Notes under the pieces: model-generated
Databases searched by the model: none
What the model was told of the DNA's origin: nothing
What the model saw: the letters and a program-made list of their open reading frames with translations, nothing else
Made by a program: the position numbers and the translations under genes
Shown: positions 34,452 through 42,564 of the stretch, in pieces
Layout of the letters: each line of letters starts with the position of its first letter
How positions within the stretch are numbered: position 1 is the stretch's first letter
NCBI GenBank assembly: GCA_037130055.1
Contig: JBAXTS010000003.1
Coordinates: forward strand, 1 to 47,674
From: a bacterium
Lineage (GTDB): Bacteria; Patescibacteriota; Minisyncoccia; Phycocordibacterales; UBA9973
Length of the DNA: 47,674 nt
Reading direction: 5' to 3'

Positions 34452-34482
34452 ATTCGTAATTCGTAATTGATAATTCGTAATT
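34452..34482 (-). repeat. AATTACG heptamer element
   Basis: AATTACGAATTATCAATTACGAATTACGAAT filling the rpsL-rpsG spacer. Confidence 0.88.
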
Positions 34483-34906
34483 ATTTTTTTGCGTCTTTTC
34501 TTGGCTTCTTGTTTCCATATAGAGACCTACTCTGTCTCCTCTTCTCAACTCCTTGTGTGTCGAGCACTCCACGCACAATGTGATATCTTACTCCGATCAA
34601 GTCCTTCACACGTCCTCCTCGAAGCATGACCACAGAGTGTTCTTGTAGGTTGTGTCCTTCTCCTGGAATATAAGCAGTAACTTCCATACCATTGGTCAAA
34701 CGTACGCGAGCAATCTTTCTAAGAGCTGAGTTAGGCTTCTTTGGTGTAGTTGTAGAAACCTTGGTGCAAACACCTCTCTTGAATGGTGCTGGAAAAAATA
34801 CTGGTCTGTTTTTAAGAACGTTAAAACCCTTCCCCAAAGCAACAGTCTTGTGTTTAGAATGAATTTTAACTCTATTTTTCTTTATTAATTGGTTTATTGT
34901 TGGCAT
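34481..34906 (-). CDS. rpsL: 30S ribosomal protein S12
   Basis: [28 protein letters not shown]; start reset to 34906. Confidence 0.99.
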   Translation of the reverse strand: MPTINQLIKKNRVKIHSKHKTVALGKGFNVLKNRPVFFPAPFKRGVCTKVSTTTPKKPNSALRKIARVRLTNGMEVTAYIPGEGHNLQEHSVVMLRGGRVKDLIGVRYHIVRGVLDTQGVEKRRQSRSLYGNKKPRKDAKK

Positions 34907-35014
34907 TGATTTTGCGAAATCATGTCGCGCAACCGTCCTTTTAGCGCGACCTTTAAACAAAATAGCCCCATAGGACTATGAAAATAATGTACTATAAAAA
35001 TGATTAAAGTGCAA
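34907..35014 (-). promoter_or_regulatory. rpsL promoter and two-hairpin leader
   Basis: TTGCAC-17-TACATT; ATAGTCCTATGGGGCTAT-TTT; GTCGCGC..GCGCGAC. Confidence 0.65.
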
Positions 35015-35636
35015 GTCCTGTAGTGAGATGAAAGAGAAAAGATAATATTGGATATAAATACTCAGAAAAGAAAACTATAAACACAAGCAAAAAAACCAAA
35101 GAATATTGTTCATAAGCTATTATGAAAGAAAAGGCACTCTCAGGTAAAAAAGAAAAAAGTATCTTGGAGCCATCAAGTGGAGGAATAGGAACAAGGTTAA
35201 AAATCCCAAGTGCTATGTTTACTATTACTATTGCAGAGGTTATAAAATAAAAACCATTTGATAATGCAATATTGGGGAAAAAGACCGGAGTAAAACGAAT
35301 AATAATTCCAAAAATAATAGCTATCATAAAATTAGCCATAACCCCAGCAGCAGCAACACATATAGTTCCCCATTTTCTGTCACTTAAGTTGTTTGGATTA
35401 TAAGGAACAGGCTTGGCCCATCCAAAGAGAAAACCCGCTTTGGTCAAAACCAAAACTGCCGGCAAGAGTATTGAGCCAAATAAATCCAGGTGCTTGATTG
35501 GGTTCAAAGTTAAACGTCCGGCATTGCGAGCAGTATTGTCACCAAAGTATTCCGCCATGAAACCATGCGAAACTTCGTGAATCACAATAGACATCACTAA
35601 TATAACTATATAAAAAATCGAATTGGTTGCGTCCAT
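35004..35636 (-). CDS. Site-2 protease family (M50) membrane metalloprotease
   Basis: HEVSH, GWAKPVP, FNLVPIPPLDGS; start reset to 35636. Confidence 0.93.
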   Translation of the reverse strand: MDATNSIFYIVILVMSIVIHEVSHGFMAEYFGDNTARNAGRLTLNPIKHLDLFGSILLPAVLVLTKAGFLFGWAKPVPYNPNNLSDRKWGTICVAAAGVMANFMIAIIFGIIIRFTPVFFPNIALSNGFYFITSAIVIVNIALGIFNLVPIPPLDGSKILFSFLPESAFSFIIAYEQYSLVFLLVFIVFFSEYLYPILSFLFHLTTGLAL

Positions 35637-35664
35637 ATGAACTTTATGATAGCATACAAAAGTC

Positions 35665-35916
35665 ATGAAAAAAATATGTGCTATAACAAAAAAGGGCTCA
35701 ATCGTTGGAGGCGGATATTCAAACAGAACTCGTGCTACCAAGTTTAACCCAACAGGAAAAAAGCGAAAATACCCAAATCTTCAAAAGAAGAGACTTTTTG
35801 TTCCTGAAATCAACAAAACAATAAATATAGAAATTTCTACCAGAGGAATGCGCACAATGAAGAAGCGCGGCACCTACGCCACCCTCCTCAAAGCTGGACT
35901 AATACAAGCTAAATAA
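35665..35916 (+). CDS. rpmB: 50S ribosomal protein L28
   Basis: KICAITKK, KRKYPNLQ, ISTRGMRT. Confidence 0.9.
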   Translation: MKKICAITKKGSIVGGGYSNRTRATKFNPTGKKRKYPNLQKKRLFVPEINKTINIEISTRGMRTMKKRGTYATLLKAGLIQAK

Positions 35917-35946
35917 AGAAACCTCGTTTATCGCGAGGTTTCTTTA
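35915..35946. terminator. Bidirectional terminator (rpmB / helicase)
   Basis: AAAGAAACCTCG-TTTATCG-CGAGGTTTCTTT. Confidence 0.8.
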
Positions 35947-35962
35947 TTTCTAAATTTCTATT

Positions 35963-37264
35963 TTACGCAGGCACAAAAGTAAGCGCTGTGCCTTTTTTGC
36001 CACTGCGGCCTGTACGGCCGATACGATGCACGTAGGTATCATACGTCTGAGGAACGTCATAATTTATGACGTGTGTGACATCAGGAATATCGAGTCCGCG
36101 GGCAGCTACATCAGTCGCAATTAAGACATTGATATGATCCTTTTTAAATGAATCAAGAATTTTAATGCGCTCACGACTTCTCTTGTCCCCATGAATCCCT
36201 TCGGCCTTAAAACCCATTTGCTTTAATTCTTTAGCAAGTGTGTCTACGCTATGTTTCATCTCACGAAAAATGAGAACTTTGTCTGATCCATCCTTTTTTA
36301 AAACCTCGTGCAACTTTTCTAATCTCTCATCGTTTCCCCTATATCGAACAACATCTTGATCGATATTTTTTGCAGTCTCGCCAGAAATAACAGAAATGAA
36401 AACCGGGTCCTTCAAATATTGCTCAGTTAATTTCTTAATATCTGGAGAAAGAGTAGCTGAAAAGAATAGAGTCTGGCGTTCCTTTGCTGTTTTCCCAATT
36501 ATATAAATCATGTCATCTCTAAATCCCATATCGAGCATTCTGTCCGCTTCATCTAGTACTACTGAATGACAGGTAGATAAATCCAAAACCTTTTTTTCAA
36601 TCAAATCCCTCAAACGTCCCGGTGTGCCAATCACAAATGAGACTCCCATCTTTATTTCTCTTATCTGCTTCATTATTGGCAGACCTCCTACACAACCTGC
36701 AGAGAACATTCCAAGACCAAAAGAAAGTATTTTAAAATCACTTTCTATTTGGAGTGCTAGTTCACGAGTTGGAGCCATTATCAAGACTGTTTCCTTTTTA
36801 CTTTGTCCTTTTGTTTTAGAAATTTTTTCAATTAAAGGAAGCAAAAAAGCAGCTGTCTTCCCTGTGCCAGTATTTGCCATACCAAAAACATCTCTACCTT
36901 CCATGACTACGTTTATACATTGGTCTTGAATAGGTCTTGGATTTATAAATCCGGCTCTTAAAATATTTTTTTGTAATTGTTCATGAAAAGGAAAATCTGC
37001 AAAACTATGTTTTGAAACATAGGCTTTTTCTTCTACATGAGTCCCTTTCTTAATGAAACGAGAAAAATCTATTCTATCACCACGAGACTTACCTCTCCCT
37101 CCGCCTCTATTGCCTCCACTTTTAAAATGAGGTTTAGAACTATTATTGAATTTTCTTCCACCAATAAAACTAGGCTTACCACCAAAAGAGCGGCGAGCGG
37201 GTGTCTTAAACGTAGAAGGATGGCTTCCAAATTTCTTCGGATGAGCCGTTGTTTTTGTATACAT
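35963..37264 (-). CDS. DEAD-box RNA helicase
   Basis: Q motif, TGTGKT, PTRELA, TPGR, DEAD, SAT, ARGLD, HRIGRTGR. Confidence 0.97.
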   Translation of the reverse strand: MYTKTTAHPKKFGSHPSTFKTPARRSFGGKPSFIGGRKFNNSSKPHFKSGGNRGGGRGKSRGDRIDFSRFIKKGTHVEEKAYVSKHSFADFPFHEQLQKNILRAGFINPRPIQDQCINVVMEGRDVFGMANTGTGKTAAFLLPLIEKISKTKGQSKKETVLIMAPTRELALQIESDFKILSFGLGMFSAGCVGGLPIMKQIREIKMGVSFVIGTPGRLRDLIEKKVLDLSTCHSVVLDEADRMLDMGFRDDMIYIIGKTAKERQTLFFSATLSPDIKKLTEQYLKDPVFISVISGETAKNIDQDVVRYRGNDERLEKLHEVLKKDGSDKVLIFREMKHSVDTLAKELKQMGFKAEGIHGDKRSRERIKILDSFKKDHINVLIATDVAARGLDIPDVTHVINYDVPQTYDTYVHRIGRTGRSGKKGTALTFVPA

Positions 37265-37339
37265 ATTGGGTCACTCCCAATATTTAGAGATGAGAATGAT
37301 GTATTAAGAATAGCATATGAGTAATATTTTGTCAATAAG

Positions 37340-37389
37340 CGCCCCCACCCGAGGGGTAGGGGAATTCCCCTACCCCTCGGGTGGGGGCG
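37340..37389. repeat. Perfect 50-bp spacerless palindrome
   Basis: CGCCCCCACCCGAGGGGTAGGGGAA|TTCCCCTACCCCTCGGGTGGGGGCG. Confidence 0.92.
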
Positions 37390-37406
37390 GATGTTATACT
37401 AAAAAT

Positions 37407-38279
37407 ATGAAAGCATATTTGGACATAGTAAAAAATGTTTTAGAAAATGGAGAGAAAGTTGACACTAGAACTGGAATAAAAGCATACACTATCGCCGGAA
37501 CAATCTTTGAGCACGACATGTCAAAAGGCTTCCCTCTTCTAACTACCAAAAAAACTCCTTTTCGTCTCGTCTCCACAGAACTAGAATTTTTTATAAATGG
37601 TGTTACAGATAAAAAATGGCTCCAAGATAAAAATAACCACATATGGGACGAGTGGGCAAAACCACAAAAAGCTCCATATGGACACGATGAAGCTTCTAAA
37701 AAAAGAATGCTCGAGGAGAGAGAACTAGGACCAATATATGGCTTCCAATGGAGACATTTCAATGCACCATATGAAAGTTATGACACCAACTATGCAGGGA
37801 AAGGAATTGATCAATTAAAAAAAGTTATTGAAACATTAAAAACAAATCCCCGCGACAGAAGAATGATAGTAAGTGCATGGAATCCATTACAATTCAACGA
37901 AATGGCATTACCGCCATGCCACTATGCTTTCCAAATTACCACCATCGGAGACAAACTAAATTTGATGTGGAATCAACGCTCTGTCGATACAATGCTCGGA
38001 CTCCCCTTCAACATTGCTAGCTATGGCTTACTGCTACATTTGATAGCTCGGGAGTCAGGGTATAAGGAAGGAAAATTGGTTGGATTCCTGGCAGACGTTC
38101 ATATTTACGAAAACCATATGGATGGAGCCAGAGAACAACTATCACGAAATCCAAATAAATATCCATTACCCAAAATAGAAACAGAAAACTGGAAATCTAT
38201 TTTTGATTGGAAGACAGAAGATACTAAACTTTTAAATTATCAGAGTTATGATAGAATTCCATTTGAGATAGCAATATAA
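37407..38279 (+). CDS. thyA: Thymidylate synthase
   Basis: RTG, FPLLTTK, LGPIYGFQWR, MALPPCH, QRSVD, GLPFN, HIYENH; start reset to 37407. Confidence 0.98.
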   Translation: MKAYLDIVKNVLENGEKVDTRTGIKAYTIAGTIFEHDMSKGFPLLTTKKTPFRLVSTELEFFINGVTDKKWLQDKNNHIWDEWAKPQKAPYGHDEASKKRMLEERELGPIYGFQWRHFNAPYESYDTNYAGKGIDQLKKVIETLKTNPRDRRMIVSAWNPLQFNEMALPPCHYAFQITTIGDKLNLMWNQRSVDTMLGLPFNIASYGLLLHLIARESGYKEGKLVGFLADVHIYENHMDGAREQLSRNPNKYPLPKIETENWKSIFDWKTEDTKLLNYQSYDRIPFEIAI

Positions 38280-38280
38280 T

Positions 38281-38808
38281 ATGATTTCCATCATCGCAGC
38301 AATTGGTAAAAATAATGAACTCGGAAAAAAGAATGACCTTCTGTGGAATATGCCTGCGGATATGAAACGTTTCAGAGAGACTACTCGTGGACACACAGTC
38401 ATAATGGGCCAAAAAACATTTGAATCTCTGGCCAAAGATGAAAACGGCAAACAAGTCGGCCGGCTTCTCCCAAATCGCAGAAATATAATACTAACCTTAG
38501 ATAAATCTTTTGCTTCAAAAGGAGCAGAAATTGTTTACTCTGTGGAAGAACTTGAAAATTTATTAAAAAAAACTTCAAAACCCAAAGAAGAAAATTTTGT
38601 TATTGGTGGTGGACAAATATATAAATTATTTATAGAAAAAGCAGACAAACTCTACATAACACACGTACATGAGACATTCCCTGACGCAGAAGTATTCTTC
38701 CCAGAAATTATACCAATTGTTTGGAATGAAACCTCGCACGAAGAACACAAAAAAGACAGAAAAAATCCATTTGATTATACATTTTCAACTTACGAAAGGT
38801 TTTTCTAA
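38281..38808 (+). CDS. folA: Dihydrofolate reductase
   Basis: IIAAI, DMKRF, VIMGQKTFES, LPNRRN, VIGGGQIY. Confidence 0.96.
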   Translation: MISIIAAIGKNNELGKKNDLLWNMPADMKRFRETTRGHTVIMGQKTFESLAKDENGKQVGRLLPNRRNIILTLDKSFASKGAEIVYSVEELENLLKKTSKPKEENFVIGGGQIYKLFIEKADKLYITHVHETFPDAEVFFPEIIPIVWNETSHEEHKKDRKNPFDYTFSTYERFF

Positions 38809-39356
38809 GATAGTTTCTTAATTATCTCGTCTATTTGTTTGTATAGATCCTCAAAGCCCCCGCTATTTTCGATAGAATATTTTGCTGTTGCCATTACTAT
38901 TGGAACCAAACTGTCCGCTTCGGCTTGGTGGTCTTTGAGAAATTCCTCATACATCTTCTTATCATCTCCTTCGTTTTCATTTCTCTTTACCATTCTTTCG
39001 TACCTTTTTTTTGAATCAGCGTCAATTTTTACTAAAAAAAAGTTTGGGAGTTTATTTAAATGCTCGATATCAGTTGGTCTTCGTACTCCATCAATAACAA
39101 CAACATGAGAATCTAATTTAGCAGCATCCACAGCAATTGCTTTGGCCAATAAATCTTCCCCAAAATTTACACGTAAAACCGTGGAAAGCCTTTGCATACT
39201 ATCTCGACTTATTGGAACAGTTGCCCTATTCAAAATATCGCGCAAGATGGTTGAAAACTTACAATCTTTGGCGCTATATTTTTCAACCAAATATTTTTTT
39301 ACTGTTTCTTTGCCACTAGCGATAGGACCGGTAAGACCCAAAATTATCTTATTCAT
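38805..39356 (-). CDS. P-loop kinase (dephospho-CoA kinase / dNMP kinase-like)
   Basis: GLTGPIASGKET, VIDGVR, IENSG. Confidence 0.8.
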   Translation of the reverse strand: MNKIILGLTGPIASGKETVKKYLVEKYSAKDCKFSTILRDILNRATVPISRDSMQRLSTVLRVNFGEDLLAKAIAVDAAKLDSHVVVIDGVRRPTDIEHLNKLPNFFLVKIDADSKKRYERMVKRNENEGDDKKMYEEFLKDHQAEADSLVPIVMATAKYSIENSGGFEDLYKQIDEIIKKLS

Positions 39357-39833
39357 TTAAATTTCTCTTTTATAATTTCTAAAAGATACTTTGGCTAATT
39401 TCAACATCCTCTTTGAGGCCTTTACTTGTGGAGTATCAGAATACTTATCACTTTCATATATAACTTCTTTTATCCGGTTTTGTATTATGGCTTTTGTGCA
39501 TTCATTGCACGGGAAAAGAGTGCAATATATTTTGCAGTCTTTTGTAGAATTATTAGCATTATAAATTGCATTTTCTTCTGCATGGCAAACATAAGCGTAT
39601 TTTGTATTTTCAAATTCCCCCTCTCTATCCCAAGGCAATGCATCACTCGCTATGCCCCTAGGCCAGCCATTGTAACCTACCCCGACAACAACCTTGTCAT
39701 CATTCACTATCACAGCACCAGCCTGGGTAGAAGGATCTTTTGATCTTTCGCAAATAACATGAGCTATCCTCATAAAACACTCGTCCCAAGAAATACTTTC
39801 ACGGGGTTTAATTTTTTTTGTTTCCTTTTTCAC
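39357..39833 (-). CDS. dCMP deaminase (ComEB family)
   Basis: WDECFM, RSKDPSTQAGA, GYNG, HAEENA, PCNEC. Confidence 0.95.
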   Translation of the reverse strand: MKKETKKIKPRESISWDECFMRIAHVICERSKDPSTQAGAVIVNDDKVVVGVGYNGWPRGIASDALPWDREGEFENTKYAYVCHAEENAIYNANNSTKDCKIYCTLFPCNECTKAIIQNRIKEVIYESDKYSDTPQVKASKRMLKLAKVSFRNYKREI

Positions 39834-40534
39834 CCCTTTAATATACTCCCAAAAAGAGGTAAATACAAATCATCTTTTGGATTAATCGCTAGCTCTTTTT
39901 TATTAGTTTTTTTTGTAAATACAACAGGTGCATCTGTTATGAGAGCAAGTGGCTGCTGCTCACTCCCCTCGCCCATACAGAGCACTGCCGCAGTTGCCAA
40001 ACTATCTGCCACATCTGTACGCGACATTTTCAAAACTCTACCGAAAATATCCTTTTTGCCAACATGATTTTTAACCCCTTTAAATCCTACATAGCCAAGT
40101 GCAATACCCACGGCTCCCGCTCGAAGCGGCATGAGACGCGAGTCCGTTATAAGAACTCCTAGATTTTTTAATTTAAACTTTTGCATTAACTTTTTTCTCA
40201 AAACTTCTGCACTTTTCCAGCTATCTTTCGGAAGTAAAATTATCTTTCCTTTGGCGTTAGACTCATCTATCCCTGCATTTGCTAAAACCATTCCATCTTT
40301 AATCGTTAGCCAAACATCTTTTGTCTTTAAAGCAAAATCACTTTCTGCTTTTATGAGTTTATCTTTCTCACTAGAATTTTTGAGCACTTCTGTTCGCCCC
40401 TCTGAGAGAGCCACAATCTTTGACGTCACAACCAAGACTGAATTCTCAGGAATTTTTTTTATATATTTAAAAACAAAAGAAAATAAATCTTCGTTTTCTA
40501 AAAAAACTTTTGTTTTAATTGGAGTTACCAACAT
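39830..40534 (-). CDS. CofE-like gamma-glutamyl ligase
   Basis: VTSKIVALSEGR, ANAGIDESN, ITDS, MGEG..QPLA; start reset to 40534. Confidence 0.88.
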   Translation of the reverse strand: MLVTPIKTKVFLENEDLFSFVFKYIKKIPENSVLVVTSKIVALSEGRTEVLKNSSEKDKLIKAESDFALKTKDVWLTIKDGMVLANAGIDESNAKGKIILLPKDSWKSAEVLRKKLMQKFKLKNLGVLITDSRLMPLRAGAVGIALGYVGFKGVKNHVGKKDIFGRVLKMSRTDVADSLATAAVLCMGEGSEQQPLALITDAPVVFTKKTNKKELAINPKDDLYLPLFGSILKG

Positions 40535-41174
40535 TGCTTTGTTTTCCCTTAAGTAAACGAATCCCAAGGTAAGAAAGAGGCGTAAAGAAGATACCCATAA
40601 TAACCTTATAAATCCACCATGGAATGATAATTAGCAAAATAGTTTTCACAGGCATTATTCCCAAGTACGCGATAAACATGAAAATAGTTGAATCGAGCAA
40701 CTGTGACCAAAGGTTGGAGAGATTGGAACGAAGCCAAAAATATTTTCCACCTGTATATTTTTTAAAAAAGAAAAATGAAAGAACATCTTGATACTCACCG
40801 ATAGCATATGCCACGAGTGAAGCAATAGAGAAACGAACAGAAATGCCAAAGATTAAATTATATCCGTCCTTTGCCCATAGACCACTCTCGGCCCATGGTG
40901 CAACAATTGATATAAAAGAATAGAGTAAAAACAAAAGTATGCTCAAAATTCCTGCGTAAACGAAATTTTTTGCCATTTGTTTTCCATATACCTCACCGAT
41001 GACGTCAGTCATCATAAATACAATAGGAAAAGAAAAAACAGCAACAGAAAGATGAGTACCAAACAAAAAAGGCATTAATTTAATGCCTAAGGTGTTTGCG
41101 GAGAAAAGAGAAGTGATATAAAGAGTTAAACAAATGAGAATTTTTTTATAATCTCTTTCGGTGAGTGTTTGCAT
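40515..41174 (-). CDS. Queuosine precursor transporter family (YhhQ/VUT)
   Basis: FP..F..TDVIGEVYG, ASLVAY, WLRSNLS, SQLLDS; start reset to 41174. Confidence 0.9.
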   Translation of the reverse strand: MQTLTERDYKKILICLTLYITSLFSANTLGIKLMPFLFGTHLSVAVFSFPIVFMMTDVIGEVYGKQMAKNFVYAGILSILLFLLYSFISIVAPWAESGLWAKDGYNLIFGISVRFSIASLVAYAIGEYQDVLSFFFFKKYTGGKYFWLRSNLSNLWSQLLDSTIFMFIAYLGIMPVKTILLIIIPWWIYKVIMGIFFTPLSYLGIRLLKGKQSNVGNSN

Positions 41175-41194
41175 TTGATTTAAGTTGAGTTGAG

Positions 41195-41304
41195 TTACTT
41201 CACTTCTACTCCTTACAGGAGCAGTACACCTTTTGGATATTTTGTTTCGACATCTCACAAAATATCTCAAAAGCTTCATTGAAGTAAATTATTTTACTTC
41301 AATG
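41195..41304 (-). promoter_or_regulatory. Candidate structured RNA switch between rplK and the transporter
   Basis: Three-way junction closed by TTACTTCA/TGAAGTAA; competing 12-bp inverted repeat across the rplK stop. Confidence 0.45.
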
Positions 41305-41711
41305 CCCATGCTTCGAGCTGAACCAGCGACGATGTTGATTGCACCTTCGTCATCCTTGGCATTCAAGTCAGCTCTTTTTTTATTTGCTATTTCTAGTGCT
41401 TGTGCACGAGTTATTTTACCAACCTTGGTGGATGCATTCTTGCCTGAGCCTTTCTCGACACCAGCAGCTTTAAGAATCAAACCTGTAACTGGAGGGGTCT
41501 TTACAACGAAATCATAACTTCGGTCTTCATAAACAGTAATAGAAACACCAACCTTGTCCCCTGCCATTTTGGCAGTCGCAGCATTAAACTTGGTAACGAA
41601 ATCACCAATGTTAATACCAGCCTGCCCGAGTGCGGGTCCAAGTGGTGGTGCAGGAGTTGCTTTTGCAGCCTGGATTTGTAATTTAATTTTCTTTGTTATT
41701 TTTTTTGCCAT
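41289..41711 (-). CDS. rplK: 50S ribosomal protein L11
   Basis: [24 protein letters not shown]. Confidence 0.99.
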   Translation of the reverse strand: MAKKITKKIKLQIQAAKATPAPPLGPALGQAGINIGDFVTKFNAATAKMAGDKVGVSITVYEDRSYDFVVKTPPVTGLILKAAGVEKGSGKNASTKVGKITRAQALEIANKKRADLNAKDDEGAINIVAGSARSMGIEVK

Positions 41712-41716
41712 TTTTC

Positions 41717-41748
41717 TAATTCGTAATTGATAATTCGTAATTCTAATT
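41717..41748 (-). repeat. AATTACG heptamer element
   Basis: AATTAGAATTACGAATTATCAATTACGAATTA filling the nusG-rplK spacer. Confidence 0.85.
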
Positions 41749-42293
41749 TATATCTTCTTAATTTGCAAGAAGTCCAATTCAACTGGAGTTTCACGACCAA
41801 ACATTGAAACAAGAACTTTGACCTTCCCACGGTCTTGGTCAACGGAACTAACTTTGCCCTCAAGATCTTTGAATGGGCCATCAGCAATCAAAACTGTCTC
41901 GCCTACAACCATATCGATATTGTGCTTGGCTGTGCCGCCATCCATTTTCTTAAATAAGTAATCAACTTCTTCTTTTTTTAATGGAACTGGATTAACCCCT
42001 GCTCCAACGAAACCAGTAACCCTGGGTGTGTTGCGAACAACATACCAGGAATCATCTGTAACAATCATATCCACGAGAACGTATCCCGGATAAATTTTCT
42101 CTTCTATCTCTACACGCTTACCAGATTTTATCTTTATCTTCTTTTCAATTGGAACGATGACGTTGAATATCTTTTCATTCATGCCGAGAGAGTCTATTCG
42201 CTGCTTCAAATTACGAAGAACAACGTTCTCGTATCCGGCATAAGTATGTATTGCATACCAATTTCTAACTGCTTCTGTTTCTTGTTTTGACAT
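41748..42293 (-). CDS. nusG: Transcription termination/antitermination factor NusG
   Basis: WYAIHT, YPGYVLV, VRNTPRVTGFVG, DGPF, FGRETPVEL. Confidence 0.99.
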   Translation of the reverse strand: MSKQETEAVRNWYAIHTYAGYENVVLRNLKQRIDSLGMNEKIFNVIVPIEKKIKIKSGKRVEIEEKIYPGYVLVDMIVTDDSWYVVRNTPRVTGFVGAGVNPVPLKKEEVDYLFKKMDGGTAKHNIDMVVGETVLIADGPFKDLEGKVSSVDQDRGKVKVLVSMFGRETPVELDFLQIKKI

Positions 42294-42295
42294 AG

Positions 42296-42481
42296 CTATG
42301 GATTAATTATTTTTTGTAAACCTATTGAAAAAATAAAATCAAAAATGCCCAAATAATATGATATTACAACTGATAAAATAATAACTATCAATGTATAATA
42401 CAAAGTCTGGCTTCTTGATGGCCAAATAACATGTTTTAGTTCTGCTTTTGTTTCCTTAAAATACTCTGTAAGTTTTGACAT
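42296..42481 (-). CDS. secE: Preprotein translocase subunit SecE
   Basis: ELKHVIWPS plus one TM segment; upstream of nusG. Confidence 0.95.
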   Translation of the reverse strand: MSKLTEYFKETKAELKHVIWPSRSQTLYYTLIVIILSVVISYYLGIFDFIFSIGLQKIINP

Positions 42482-42507
42482 TGATTCTAAAATACAATTA
42501 GTCTCTT

Positions 42508-42563
42508 AAAAAAGCCCCTCGCAGGGCTCTTTTAATAGTACTCTTTTTGAACAAAATAGTCAA
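42508..42563 (-). promoter_or_regulatory. secE-nusG-rplK promoter with a 5' hairpin
   Basis: TTGACT-17-TACTAT, then AGCCC-TGCGAG-GGGCT-TTTTT. Confidence 0.75.
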
Positions 42564-42564
42564 C

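Noticed and set aside
37317-37406. N-terminal extension of ThyA (similarly for tuf, rpsL, rpsH, rplR, the transporter and the site-2 protease)
   Set aside because: These are longest-ORF artefacts; homology and promoter positions support the downstream ATGs.
41175-41288. Canonical preQ1 riboswitch or hammerhead ribozyme
   Set aside because: No class I preQ1 stem with A-rich tail and no CUGANGA/GAAA core; kept only as an unclassified structure.
14874-41748. Heptamer arrays as CRISPR repeats
   Set aside because: The units are 7 nt and contiguous, with no unique spacers and no cas genes.
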